From positions 1-63,432 of IMG/VR virus record IMGVR_UViG_3300025000_000097: DNA of 63,432 nucleotides, one strand, 5' to 3'. Below the pieces are notes generated by a model. The model did not search any database. It saw only the letters and a list, made by a program, of their open reading frames with translations, and was not told where the DNA came from. Below, piece after piece: positions 9,736-19,633 of the stretch. Positions within the stretch are counted from its first letter, which is position 1; each line of letters begins with the position of its first letter. This stretch comes from a virus. Taxonomy: Duplodnaviria; Caudoviricetes. The position numbers and the translations under genes are program-made.

Positions 9736-9756
9736 CGGGTCAATTTAGCGTTATCT
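9708..9756 (+). mobile_element. attC-like site 3
   Basis: AAATAAC-CAGAAC-ATTCGACC-CGTTCAACG-GGTCAAT-TTAGC-GTTATCT; canonical R''/L''/L'/R' layout with an extra C. Confidence 0.65.
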
Positions 9757-9770
9757 CTCATAATACCCAT

Positions 9771-10010
9771 TTAATCATTACTATTCATAACCACCACCCC
9801 AGCAGTCACAACAGTCAGCCCATAGTAATCAGTACCCCAACCCGAAAAATCCATGCTAGAAAAATAATTATCCTCATCCTGTTTGCTTAACTCAGCATCT
9901 ATCCGGCATTGCACTGCAATTTTAGCTTGTTCTTCAGACCCGGCCATCACAAAGAAGGACATTTCCCCATGTCCTTTGGGTTGCCAGGCATAAAGTTTCA
10001 TATCACCCAT
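9771..10010 (-). CDS. hypothetical phage protein
   Basis: GGAGG RBS; acidic 79 aa. Confidence 0.7.
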   Translation of the reverse strand: MGDMKLYAWQPKGHGEMSFFVMAGSEEQAKIAVQCRIDAELSKQDEDNYFSSMDFSGWGTDYYGLTVVTAGVVVMNSND

Positions 10011-10774
10011 CGGTGCTTTACCTCCCTTACCATTCTAGCCCATTAACTAAAAGCAACGTTCGATCCCCGTCTTTATAGATAACATTAAAGAACTTTAATT
10101 TTTTATTGATAAAATCTACCATGATTCGTTTATTGGCTTTATGAAGATCAATCCTAAGGCCACATTTCATAGCTGTGATACTACACCCTGCTATAGTTAG
10201 CACTATTCGCATAGTCTCCTCCTTTAGTCTCCCCGGCGCATCCAACAACGCCGGGGAGTTGTCCCATCGATGTTGTTTGAGTTACTTCATATGGCGTCAC
10301 CTCCAGATCATTCCCCTGCCTGTCTCGTCGGCCGTACTATCCCGATGCAAAGCTGCTTCCCTTCCCACCAGACGGCGGCGCTGAACCCACCGGACTCCAT
10401 GATGATGGTCTTGCTGTGAGCGGCTTCCCGCTGATCGATAGCCCGCAGTGCTAGGTCCTTCAACGCTGCGAGGCTGCCCTCTGTCGATTGATGCTCATTG
10501 CTCATGACGGGCACCTCTCCTGATATGCTCACGCAGCGTCGGATAGGTTCGCTCCTTTTTGAATACCTGCGCCCCAGTGATAATAGCTTTCCCGTTCATA
10601 GCTCCACCTCAACATACAGCACCCTTCCGGGCGGTATCCATATCTTCGGATTGCCTCCTACAGCGCCGGCAAAAACGAAGCCATCGCCGACCCAGAAACC
10701 CTCCCTGGCGGCCTCCATATTCGGTATCACAGTAGCTCTATCGACACCTGCATGTTCATACCAACACAATAAGC

Positions 10775-11467
10775 TCATGGCCGACTCCTCTCCCAGACAG
10801 TCTTGAGCTCATCCTTGCAGCTCTCCACGAGCTCAGCAGCCATGTATGCGGCCTCGCTCAGCGTGACGTGGTTGAAGTTGAAGATGTAGCTGGAAGCATC
10901 ACCCGTTACATCGCAGGAGGGCTCGAATCGGGCCCGCAGCCGGACCAAGGCCAGCTCCATCGCCTCATGCGTCAACGTCCCGAGCACGTGTATGAACTTA
11001 TCATACTTCAGCCCAACCTTGATGCGGGGGCAGCAGCTATCTGCTGGCAGCAGACTGAACGACCCGCCGAACATGTCCTCAGCTACGACCTCGATCTTCT
11101 CATAGCCCATGGCATATTGGCCAAGCGTTACAGGGAGGGTCAGCTTTGTCGTGGTTGGAATATAGCCTGTTGGGGGGGAGAATAGCTCCTGCTGTGTAAA
11201 TATGCTTAGCGGACGTGCTAAGCATCTACACTGAAACGGGGGTCGTAACGGTCGCGTGCAGCGATCGCGTTCAACAGCCATATCTTGCGCAAGATCCTCA
11301 CGAAGCTGCTGAAGCCGAACTATGTAATCGGCCGTTATTGGTTGCGTGTACATCACCTTGGGGATGATGTAATCCAACATGTCCAGGTGTTTCTTGTTCC
11401 TTTGTATCAGATCATTCTGCATTGTCATCCTCCTTGCGGTCACCAGCACAGGTATCGCACAGGCCAC
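10775..11467 (-). CDS. hypothetical protein (HEAME zincin-like motif in the C-terminal half)
   Basis: 230-aa ORF with TLTHEAMELAL; start uncertain. Confidence 0.5.
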   Translation of the reverse strand: MACAIPVLVTARRMTMQNDLIQRNKKHLDMLDYIIPKVMYTQPITADYIVRLQQLREDLAQDMAVERDRCTRPLRPPFQCRCLARPLSIFTQQELFSPPTGYIPTTTKLTLPVTLGQYAMGYEKIEVVAEDMFGGSFSLLPADSCCPRIKVGLKYDKFIHVLGTLTHEAMELALVRLRARFEPSCDVTGDASSYIFNFNHVTLSEAAYMAAELVESCKDELKTVWERSRP

Positions 11468-11538
11468 AACCCAGGCCGCATACCCTTAGTTTAGTTATAT
11501 CGCATATAAAACAAGCCATCTTGTTGAGCTCCTTTGCA

Positions 11539-12087
11539 TCAGGCTGCATCCAGCTTCCTGCACCAACGCAGAACCTTTTTCGGATATGGTGCTGTTGCCT
11601 CAGACCATGGAGAACCATTATAAGCTCTCAATGCGAGGACAACGTTCCCCTTGTACTTCTTGAGCATCAACTCGAGCACCATCGAGGCCTGCTCTGTCTG
11701 GCCCGCAATGTCGTGTGGTATGGGCCCCCAATCCCCAGGGGAGACCTGATAAGCGCCTCTGCAACCTCCCCACGTGATGTTTGCCCTGGGGTTGAACTGC
11801 CCCTCCTGACTGCACACACCGGCCAGCAGCCGTGGATGCGGTCGACGTGATATTGCTTCTGCAAACTGAACGGCTTCTTCATGTGATACGTTGAACCGCG
11901 TCATTGCGTGCCGATATATCTGGGCAATGATCTTCGGCCTGGGCTTGGTGATCGTTGTATCCCCCCTGAGCTCCGTCAGCTCCGTCAGCGTGGTCCATGA
12001 CCTGAACTCTGCCGATCCTGCTGTGCATGGGACGAATATGGCGACCAGGACACCCATCAGCAGCCATATGGCTGCATGCCTATTCAC
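11539..12087 (-). CDS. SLT-family lytic transglycosylase with N-terminal signal/anchor
   Basis: SQEGQFNPRA...GAYQV...ALRAYNG...Y. Confidence 0.8.
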   Translation of the reverse strand: MNRHAAIWLLMGVLVAIFVPCTAGSAEFRSWTTLTELTELRGDTTITKPRPKIIAQIYRHAMTRFNVSHEEAVQFAEAISRRPHPRLLAGVCSQEGQFNPRANITWGGCRGAYQVSPGDWGPIPHDIAGQTEQASMVLELMLKKYKGNVVLALRAYNGSPWSEATAPYPKKVLRWCRKLDAA

Positions 12088-12405
12088 GTAAAGGCTCGCG
12101 TATAGTGATCTGTGTTCATATCGGTGTTCCCTCCTCTTCTATCTCTGTCGGTGATACCTGTAACGATACGAGGGCTGCATTGCTGTCCATGAGGACAGTA
12201 TTCTCCTCGACCATCGCATCCAGGCTATCGTGCAGCTGGATCAGCATCTGCATCTGTGTGTCAAGCACCGATCGCAGCCAGGTGATGGACTCCTTCCTGG
12301 CGAAGAATGTCCGCTCGATGCCGGTCACCGATTCCTTGAGCGTTACCACTCCGAAATCGATGGGCTCCAACAGTTTCTGCTGCATCTCCTGCGGTATCGC
12401 ACAGC

Positions 12406-12726
12406 TCAGGACCGGTCCCTCCTGACGAACATCAAGGGCACGCCTTCCAGCTTACCTACGCCGGGAATGTCGTGTACGTAACGGAACGGATGGCCACACT
12501 CGTAACAGGCGCCTTCGCCAGGTATCCCAGCCATATGCACGGTCTCCAGATTGTTTAGACCAAGGGTGCCGGTAAAGTAGCTCTCGCACTCCGGACACTT
12601 CTGCCCGAAGGCAGTCTCCTCTGGCCAGATGAACTGCCCAAGGTAATCGGCTACGGCCTGATGCTGCTTAGGGGTAAGCGTCTCTTCCTTGAACAGGTCT
12701 GCTGGTACTGCTGCGCGTCCGCTCAT
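12406..12726 (-). CDS. zinc-binding hypothetical protein
   Basis: CPEC and GEGACYECGHP. Confidence 0.6.
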   Translation of the reverse strand: MSGRAAVPADLFKEETLTPKQHQAVADYLGQFIWPEETAFGQKCPECESYFTGTLGLNNLETVHMAGIPGEGACYECGHPFRYVHDIPGVGKLEGVPLMFVRRDRS

Positions 12727-12787
12727 GATTTCCCCCCGAAAAGATTGTCCATGAAGGTAGTCCTCCTATAATCCTTATGATATAGCT

Positions 12788-12816
12788 ATATTATCACAGA
12801 AAAGGGTGCTTGTACA
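12788..12816 (-). promoter_or_regulatory. TGTACA-family promoter
   Basis: TGTACA-17-TAATAT. Confidence 0.6.
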
Positions 12817-12852
12817 CCTTTTTATTATAAAAACAGCACTTATTATCATTGC

Positions 12853-13146
12853 TCAGCATGGGTTCCTCCTATTGTATAGCTTTACCCCGAGTGCCTTCAT
12901 ATACCTGATCCAATACGTCTCCGCTGCAATCCAGTCCTCAGCTGAAACCCTGTCCAGGGCGATGATGATAGGCTTGAGCCCCCTTGCCCGTAGATGCTCA
13001 AGCCAAGCCCGTTTCGGAGGGTTGTAGTGTCCTGTCGAGTGTCGAAGGTGCTTCGATAACCGTCGTTCAAGCCGTTCCGTCGTCTTGCCCACCCACCTGA
13101 TCTCACCGCAGATAGGACACAGCATCATGTAGATGGTGACGGTCAT
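12853..13146 (-). CDS. GIY-YIG endonuclease (catalytic domain only)
   Basis: TIYMM...IRWVGKT...RL.KH...AETYWI...LYN. Confidence 0.8.
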   Translation of the reverse strand: MTVTIYMMLCPICGEIRWVGKTTERLERRLSKHLRHSTGHYNPPKRAWLEHLRARGLKPIIIALDRVSAEDWIAAETYWIRYMKALGVKLYNRRNPC

Positions 13147-13151
13147 ACAGG

Positions 13152-13382
13152 CTAGTCAGCTGGGCCGGTAAGCGTCACGACGCCTTTGAGTATGATGATC
13201 TCAAGCTCACCATCTGCCCTTATAACCAGTTGCCCCTGCTCATCCCGTACGAAGCAATGCGCCTCCCCCAGGTCAGTATCGGCTGTTACGCAGTGAGTTA
13301 GCGCCCGGCCATCGATACTGGGGGTGAACAAGCGCGAATCCTCACGATACCCCGGATCATCTTTGTTGACTGAAACTCTCAT
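13152..13382 (-). CDS. hypothetical phage protein
   Basis: DDPGY...CVTADTDLG motif; coupled. Confidence 0.7.
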   Translation of the reverse strand: MRVSVNKDDPGYREDSRLFTPSIDGRALTHCVTADTDLGEAHCFVRDEQGQLVIRADGELEIIILKGVVTLTGPAD

Positions 13383-14251
13383 TGATGTTCCTCTGCTATT
13401 TCTGTCAGTAGTTCACGCTGCTCATTGCGGTATCGTTTACGTGAGTTGAAAAGGTCCTCATCTAGCAACCCTTTTATCTTTGTCTCCACCAACTGCACTA
13501 GTGTCCGCGGTTCGAGAGCATCCAGCTCCCACGATGAGCGCCCATACCGTTTGATGTAGTCAGCAGCGCGTGAGTCGGTTATCTTGGCCGGATTCTCAGG
13601 TGGATTGTATCGTGACACCTGATCCATATTGAGCGCGATCCGATGCACAGTTACAGCTGCTTTACTGAACAGCTGCAGCCGTTCCTCAACATCCCGAGTC
13701 ATATCTATGCCGCTCGGATCATGATCGCCTAAGTACAGCACATGGAGCTCCTTACGTCGAGCCTTGCTGACCAGCCGCTTGCCAACTTCATACATCGCCG
13801 ATGATGAGGAATATCCCTTATTGGCGGTGAAGCCAATATCCCACTTACGGCAGACCGGCTCGAGCACGCCCTCTAATGCCTGCTTCTCCACCATGAGCTC
13901 CACGTGGTTCTCCTGATCTTCCCACAGGTCGATATTATACTGATATGCACAGGCTTGGATTATCTCACCGATGCTGTTCCAGTGCGGGTTTGTTAGGGTC
14001 TCTCTGCCCCGGTCCTTGATCGAGTCCTAATCGATCAGCCCTGCAAGCCTGGCATCCGAGATGATGTTGCCAAGACGCTTGTAGTTGGCCTCCGTGTTAG
14101 CGAGCAGGTCACGTGATACGAACTGATAATACAGCTGACGCAAGCTCAGATCATATCCCTGCCCTGCGTAGTCCTCGCAGATTTCGATGGCGGTATCAAT
14201 TATCCCCTGTGAATCTGGTCCGAACCGCTTTGCGATGAAAAATTCCTTCAT
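13379..14251 (-). pseudogene. Topo VI-A/Spo11-like (mini-A, toprim) protein interrupted by one in-frame TAG at 14027-14029
   Basis: ORFs 14027-14251 and 13379-13903 are in the same frame and joined by an open linker; LRQLYY, VEKQAL, GYSS, YLGDHDPSG, WELDAL. Confidence 0.75.
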
Positions 14252-14359
14252 TCGAGCCTCCTATTTGTATTGTGTAGCTATGCCACGATCGCCGTGGGAT
14301 CGTTCGGGCCATTTAGCCCTGACTACCCTATAGGCTTGGTGGACTAGTGTCCTACACCA

Positions 14360-15030
14360 CTATGCAGTCTGTCTATACTTATCTGTCGCTTTATCTTTGA
14401 TAAGGAGCAATACACCATGATAACCTGCGTATTTTGGATTTTTAAGATAGGAAATGCAATTCTGAAGCATTCTTATTGAGCAGTTACATTTTATCAATAA
14501 TTCCTCAAAAGAAAAAGCAGCACCATTAATATTATATAGCTTACGTATAATAGTTTTAACACTGCTATCTGATATTTTTCCGCGCTCTGTTTCTGCAATC
14601 TTTTTCTAGTCTCAAGCGAAACAGGCCTACCCAGTAAAGCAGCCGATATTTTTGCACGTGTTGTAAATGATGCTTTCTTACTGGTACTGACAACAACCAT
14701 ACGAGCTCTATTTTCAGCAGAGCGTACCAACCCAGAAACGCCCTCCCCACCTGTAGTGGCATTTAAAAGATTAGCACCAAGCCCTCGTAAATAGGCGATC
14801 CAGAAGCATTCTGCCGAAGCCCAGTCCTGATCGCTGGGTATGATTTCCAGTGTAAAGTATTCAGGCGTCTTGACCTTCCTGAACCAGCGTGCAGCTCGAT
14901 GCTGTAACTTTCCATTAATATGCTCGTTGATGCGTTTTCGAACTGCTTTTACAGTCTTTCCTACGTAGCGTACCTCGTGCGTCAACGGATCACATACAGC
15001 ATAAATAGTTGTGGAGAGATTGGTCCTCAT
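14360..15030 (-). CDS. GIY-YIG endonuclease with NUMOD3-like repeats and a frameshifted C-terminal wHTH
   Basis: TIYAVCDP...RYVGKT...AECFWI...NATTGGEG; a -1 shift at the A5 run (14601-14605) gives ETRKKIA...SYLKNPKYAG ending at 14360. Confidence 0.75.
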
Positions 15031-17093
15031 AAATAGCTGCGCCCTTTCTTTTCAAGTTCCTGCCAGTTTACAGGCTCATCATGGAGGTCACCCCAGGATG
15101 GGCCAACCTCAGTATCAACAAGTAGCGGGATGCAGAGCTTTACAGAAGTTTTCATAAGATGTACCATTTCTGCGTGAGCCTCAATAGCTATCTTATCCCG
15201 TCGGCGGCTAGTGTTAACTTCATCATGAACGAGGTTCAATGCTGGCCCTAGAGCCTTATCATCAAACACTCCAGCAGCCCAACACTTAGCCATGGCATTT
15301 TTGAACACATCGGCAGCTGAACCCTGGGCCAAGGCATTGAGGGCCTTGTGCGTCTGCGCACGACGAATACCGCGCTCGCCGTACATGCTGATCGCACGCT
15401 CCCTGCTCATGCAGCCCATCACCTTGGACTGGTCCCAGTCCTTCGATTCCCACAGGTTGAATCTAGCTCGTCGGTTAAGGATCGTCTTGATGTAACCGCG
15501 AGAAGAAGCCACCGCTGATACAGCTTTATTGAGCTCCTTGATAAAAGGCATTTCCTCATCATAGGTGTTCATGAACTCTATGGCCTGTGGAACGCTACAC
15601 CCTAGCATGCTAGCGGCCTTGTCCTTGCCGAAGCCGTACGCCTTGCCGAAGTTGATATTCTTGCAGGTCTTACGATTAAGGCCTGTCATTTCTGAAACCA
15701 TATTATGAAAGTCAGTAGTAGGATCAGTGCGATATAGGTTCTGCGCCTTCTCAGCGCTCGGACCTGTGCCGTAGTGAGTCATCACGCGGTATTCTATTTG
15801 TGAGTAGTCATCTGCACAGAAATCCTCATCCTCATCAGGCAGAAAGAGCGACCTGACAAGATTGCCCAGCTTCCACTCCTTGCCCTCCATCATTATCTTG
15901 GTCTCATCGCGGGTAGGTATATTCTCAAGGTTCGGGTTGGAGGAACTGAAGCGGCCACTGATCGTGCCGTTCTCGTCCGTCTTCAGCTGGTGGAACTGGC
16001 CATGGATGCGACCGTTGACATGCCCATTGAGTATGTAGCCTTCGATGAAGGTTGATCTGAACTTATCCCACTTTCGGACGTTTCCTATCAGCTTGCTGAC
16101 CGGATGCGGACAGGCTTCAAGCCACTCCTTCGTGATTGACGGCTGCCCGTTAGGGTAACTCTTTGAAGGCTTTGTCCTGGGATACGACAACCCCTCCTGC
16201 TCCAGGAACTTGCAGAAGGAGTCTGGTGCATTAACGTTGACTGCGTAGCCTATCATGGTTCGCAGCTTCTTCTCATCTTCGGCCGCCCGCTTGATGAATT
16301 CCTCATTCAATAGTTCTGCTCTGCGTACATCTACTCGGATGCCACGCTTGCGCATGGCTGCAAGCATAGGTATCAGGCTGGCCTCCATACGATACAGGTC
16401 AAGGAGCTCATCCCGAATAAGCGCCTGCCGCTGCTTCTCCCAGATGCGGAATGGCAGCGTAACATCGCTTTCTGCGTAAGGACCCACCAAGGCTACTGGG
16501 CACTTGTACATTCTGCTGGCCTGCGTCTGGCGCGTGGCGTTGCCACCATACGCAGCAGCCAGCCACTTGTACATGCCCTCCTGGACCTTCCCCTCCCCCA
16601 GGTAGTCCTGGGCCAGGTATTCAAGGCCATACTTCCGACGGTGTTCATTCAACAGGGGCTCAGCGATCTGAACATCGATCAGGTCTCCCCTGATGATGAT
16701 GCCCTCATGGTCAAGAGCTTCTATGTCGTAGAGCAGGTTGGCGCCGACCTTTGGTTGGTTGGCTCGGCCCAGCTCCTGCTGCGCCCATCGAAGTACCATG
16801 GTTGGGTCGAGGTTGCCACCGAGCTCATGCCGCATCGGAAAATATTGACGATACCCATCATCGGTTCCAACAGCGAGCCCGACGATATGCGCCTCTCCTC
16901 GCTGGTATCCAGGCCCCTTCTCTATCAGGCCGGGGTCGTATGATTCGACGTCAAAGCTGATGGCCTTGGCGCCTGAAAGATCGGGAAACTCATGCGGAGT
17001 CCGCCAAGGCGTCTTCGGTACGGGTACAACCTCCTCGATGCCGAAGAGGCTATCTTGTTCTCCATATTTGAGGCGCTTACCTGCAGCCCCCAT
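15027..17093 (-). CDS. polA: family A DNA polymerase with 3'-5' exonuclease
   Basis: ExoI FDVES, motif A DYSQIEYR, motif B RKTCKNINFGKAYG, motif C VHDE. Confidence 0.95.
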   Translation of the reverse strand: MGAAGKRLKYGEQDSLFGIEEVVPVPKTPWRTPHEFPDLSGAKAISFDVESYDPGLIEKGPGYQRGEAHIVGLAVGTDDGYRQYFPMRHELGGNLDPTMVLRWAQQELGRANQPKVGANLLYDIEALDHEGIIIRGDLIDVQIAEPLLNEHRRKYGLEYLAQDYLGEGKVQEGMYKWLAAAYGGNATRQTQASRMYKCPVALVGPYAESDVTLPFRIWEKQRQALIRDELLDLYRMEASLIPMLAAMRKRGIRVDVRRAELLNEEFIKRAAEDEKKLRTMIGYAVNVNAPDSFCKFLEQEGLSYPRTKPSKSYPNGQPSITKEWLEACPHPVSKLIGNVRKWDKFRSTFIEGYILNGHVNGRIHGQFHQLKTDENGTISGRFSSSNPNLENIPTRDETKIMMEGKEWKLGNLVRSLFLPDEDEDFCADDYSQIEYRVMTHYGTGPSAEKAQNLYRTDPTTDFHNMVSEMTGLNRKTCKNINFGKAYGFGKDKAASMLGCSVPQAIEFMNTYDEEMPFIKELNKAVSAVASSRGYIKTILNRRARFNLWESKDWDQSKVMGCMSRERAISMYGERGIRRAQTHKALNALAQGSAADVFKNAMAKCWAAGVFDDKALGPALNLVHDEVNTSRRRDKIAIEAHAEMVHLMKTSVKLCIPLLVDTEVGPSWGDLHDEPVNWQELEKKGRSYL

Positions 17094-17259
17094 CAGCTCA
17101 CCACCGTCCCGGGTGCCATGCAGTTATTGCAGAGATGGGCGACCGTCTTACCCTTCGCATTTATCATCTGAACAGCCACAGAGCCATCGATTATCTTAGC
17201 TGTGCACTCTGTACAGCGGACCTTCTTCTTCAGGCGGATCGTTCTCGGCGTTGCTGTGC

Positions 17260-17682
17260 TCATGGTACCTCCGTTGATAGGTGGAACATCTCGAACCGGC
17301 TCCGAAGCAGAGCCAGTGTATCCGGGTAGCTGTTGGCTTCGCTGTAAATCAGGACTTGCCCTGGGGAGTTCATCAGCAGCAGCCCACAGGAATTGCACGG
17401 CAGCCTGGTGACGGCAATATAGTGAATCTCGTTAGGCTGCGTGCAGAAGAGGGCACAATTCTGCTCCGCATGTATCACATTGCAGCTCCCTGTACCACCT
17501 GGTGGGTTGGTGCAGCTACCTTCATCGCAGTGAGGCATGCCCTTGGGGAGACCATTGTAACCGGCGCTAAGTATCCTACCATTCTTATCGGCGAACACGC
17601 AGCCAACCTTACGGCGACAGGTACTTCTAGACGCTACGGCCAAGGCTACGGCCAACAGGTACTCCTGGATGGTCGGCCTCAT
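17260..17682 (-). CDS. dCMP deaminase
   Basis: RSTCRRKVGC, GYNG, HAEQN, PCNSC. Confidence 0.92.
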   Translation of the reverse strand: MRPTIQEYLLAVALAVASRSTCRRKVGCVFADKNGRILSAGYNGLPKGMPHCDEGSCTNPPGGTGSCNVIHAEQNCALFCTQPNEIHYIAVTRLPCNSCGLLLMNSPGQVLIYSEANSYPDTLALLRSRFEMFHLSTEVP

Positions 17683-18386
17683 ATTGAAGCCCCAGGCAGC
17701 ATCGCCGTCCAGTCCCGATAGGGCTTACCGCAGCACATAGAACCTTGATCGCATACGCCGATCGTAAGGCATGCGGGGCCAGTATGCTTGCAGAGCTCTA
17801 CCATGCCTCCATTAGCTGCGATATGGAGCGCTTTGCTCATTACCAGCAACGTCTCAGGAGTGTTGCGTTTACAGAGCCGCTGTGGGAAGACTACAGTGAA
17901 CCACTCTCGCAGGTTGCCCTTCATCAGCAGCGTGTTACGGCACGCCCCAGGCAGGATGTAGCGGGCCCAGTCCCTACCAAGCAGCCGCTCTATATCCTGA
18001 TAAAGACTATCGATCTGAATCATCATGGCAACATAACGGCGGTGAAGCTCATCTTCCTCCGGGTCGTTAGGACTAAATGGTGGCACCAGGTAGTCGAAGC
18101 CATCATGCACCTGATACTGCTGCGAGGCCGATGTGAACGAGGCCAGCCGATGACGGGTGATCTGTGCAAGGAAGACCCTTGTGGCGTTCTCCACTACGAC
18201 AGCGAAGTCGGCATGCTCGAGCACGCTGGTGTGGCCCATCTTCAGCAGCCGACCGAGGAGACCGACGTTCAGCTCCACGCCATCAGGCATCAGCCCTCTG
18301 ACCTGCGTCATCTTCGCCGCCCCTGTCATCAGCCCGAGGTCAGCATCTGTCGGCAGGTGTACCGCCCTGACAATGATCTTATTCAT
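17679..18386 (-). CDS. thyX: flavin-dependent thymidylate synthase
   Basis: GHTSVLEH, QITRHRLASFTSASQQY, ARYILP, NLREW. Confidence 0.92.
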   Translation of the reverse strand: MNKIIVRAVHLPTDADLGLMTGAAKMTQVRGLMPDGVELNVGLLGRLLKMGHTSVLEHADFAVVVENATRVFLAQITRHRLASFTSASQQYQVHDGFDYLVPPFSPNDPEEDELHRRYVAMMIQIDSLYQDIERLLGRDWARYILPGACRNTLLMKGNLREWFTVVFPQRLCKRNTPETLLVMSKALHIAANGGMVELCKHTGPACLTIGVCDQGSMCCGKPYRDWTAMLPGASI

Positions 18387-18966
18387 GGGTCGCCTCGAAA
18401 GGTACCTTCAGCGCCACGGTAATTTCATAGGTTTCATTGTCATAAGAGACTGGTATCTGGCAGCTGACAGCGCCCATGTTATGGAGATGATGCACCAGCT
18501 GTTTCCCAAGGAGCATCCCCTCTTCTACAGTCGCAGCAAGCTCTGTTTCATGATCGCTATGTTTCTTCTGTGGCATCAGCGTCCTGATACAAAGGGCTGC
18601 ATCATTGTGTGAGCATTCAAGTTTCTTAACTATTATCTCGGCCAGGTCATAAACCTGCTCATCGTACGTCCGGGGCATCTGCACAGCCAGTGTATCCTTG
18701 ATAATCTCATCCTCAAGACCTACGTAACCACAGAGGTCGATACGGTGGTCATCATTCCCAGGGGAGTAGAGATTCCTGATGAGCTTCGCCGACTGCATCA
18801 CCTGCAGCACGTTCCTGGCCGTGAGCGGAAAGCCCGTAAGCACCGATGCGATCGTAGCAACCTTGCTGAATGACTCGGTAGCCGGCCCGTAGTTCTTTAC
18901 CCGCTCACCGTGGATGTTCTCCTCGGCCTTCTGTAGTATATCCGTTACAGTCCGAATAGGTTCCAT
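18379..18966 (-). CDS. DUF6378-like protein
   Basis: GERVKNYG...F..VA...KL.R...DHRIDLCGY. Confidence 0.75.
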   Translation of the reverse strand: MEPIRTVTDILQKAEENIHGERVKNYGPATESFSKVATIASVLTGFPLTARNVLQVMQSAKLIRNLYSPGNDDHRIDLCGYVGLEDEIIKDTLAVQMPRTYDEQVYDLAEIIVKKLECSHNDAALCIRTLMPQKKHSDHETELAATVEEGMLLGKQLVHHLHNMGAVSCQIPVSYDNETYEITVALKVPFEATHE

Positions 18967-19128
18967 ACTGTGCTCCTTAACTCAATAATTTAATTAGAAA
19001 TGGGTATGCATAAAAGATTAGGAAATAAAAACATAATGTAATACTGAGACACGCAGCAACTACAAGTGTATATTCTCGTCTATTGGTGATCTTCATGTCG
19101 TACTCCTTAAATCCTTGTTGATACAATT

Positions 19129-19165
19129 GCGGCGGGAAAGTTCTGCTGAACTGTTTTCCCGCCGC
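19129..19165 (-). terminator. hairpin / probable terminator
   Basis: GCGGCGGGAAA...TTTCCCGCCGC directly after the MazG-like gene. Confidence 0.55.
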
Positions 19166-19170
19166 TTATA

Positions 19171-19629
19171 TTAAGGCAGTAAATTCCCGCCTGATTGCAG
19201 CTCAATCTGCATCTCTAGTCTCGCTGCTTTCTTTCGCTCCTCTAATCTGAGTGCCCGTGCGATAATTGCTGCCCCTTGCGGTGGATTCCACCCTGGGGGT
19301 TTTACCACATCAAAGGCTGTGCCGCGCTTTGACTCATCAGCTGCCTGTGCTCGGACCTTCTCCATGTTGGCACGTTGGACGTCGTTCCAGAGTTCATCCC
19401 AGGGTAGGCCCATCATATGAGCAGTCCCCATCGCTACATAGACCAGGTCTATAAGGGCATCAGCAGCCTCGACCAGGTCGCCTCGTTCATGGGCTTCCTC
19501 AAACTCAGTAAGTTCCTCATGCATGAAGCCTTTGCGGAACTCGAAGAGCTCTTCGCTCGGCAAGAGCTGCGGGATCGTTGGACCCCGCAGCCCGAACCGT
19601 AGGTGGAAGGCTTCGATATCCTCCACCAT
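19171..19629 (-). CDS. MazG-like / PRA-PH nucleotide pyrophosphatase
   Basis: EELTEF...DALIDLVYVAMG...VQRANMEK...KPPGW; start at MVEDI. Confidence 0.88.
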   Translation of the reverse strand: MVEDIEAFHLRFGLRGPTIPQLLPSEELFEFRKGFMHEELTEFEEAHERGDLVEAADALIDLVYVAMGTAHMMGLPWDELWNDVQRANMEKVRAQAADESKRGTAFDVVKPPGWNPPQGAAIIARALRLEERKKAARLEMQIELQSGGNLLP

Positions 19630-19633
19630 TTTA

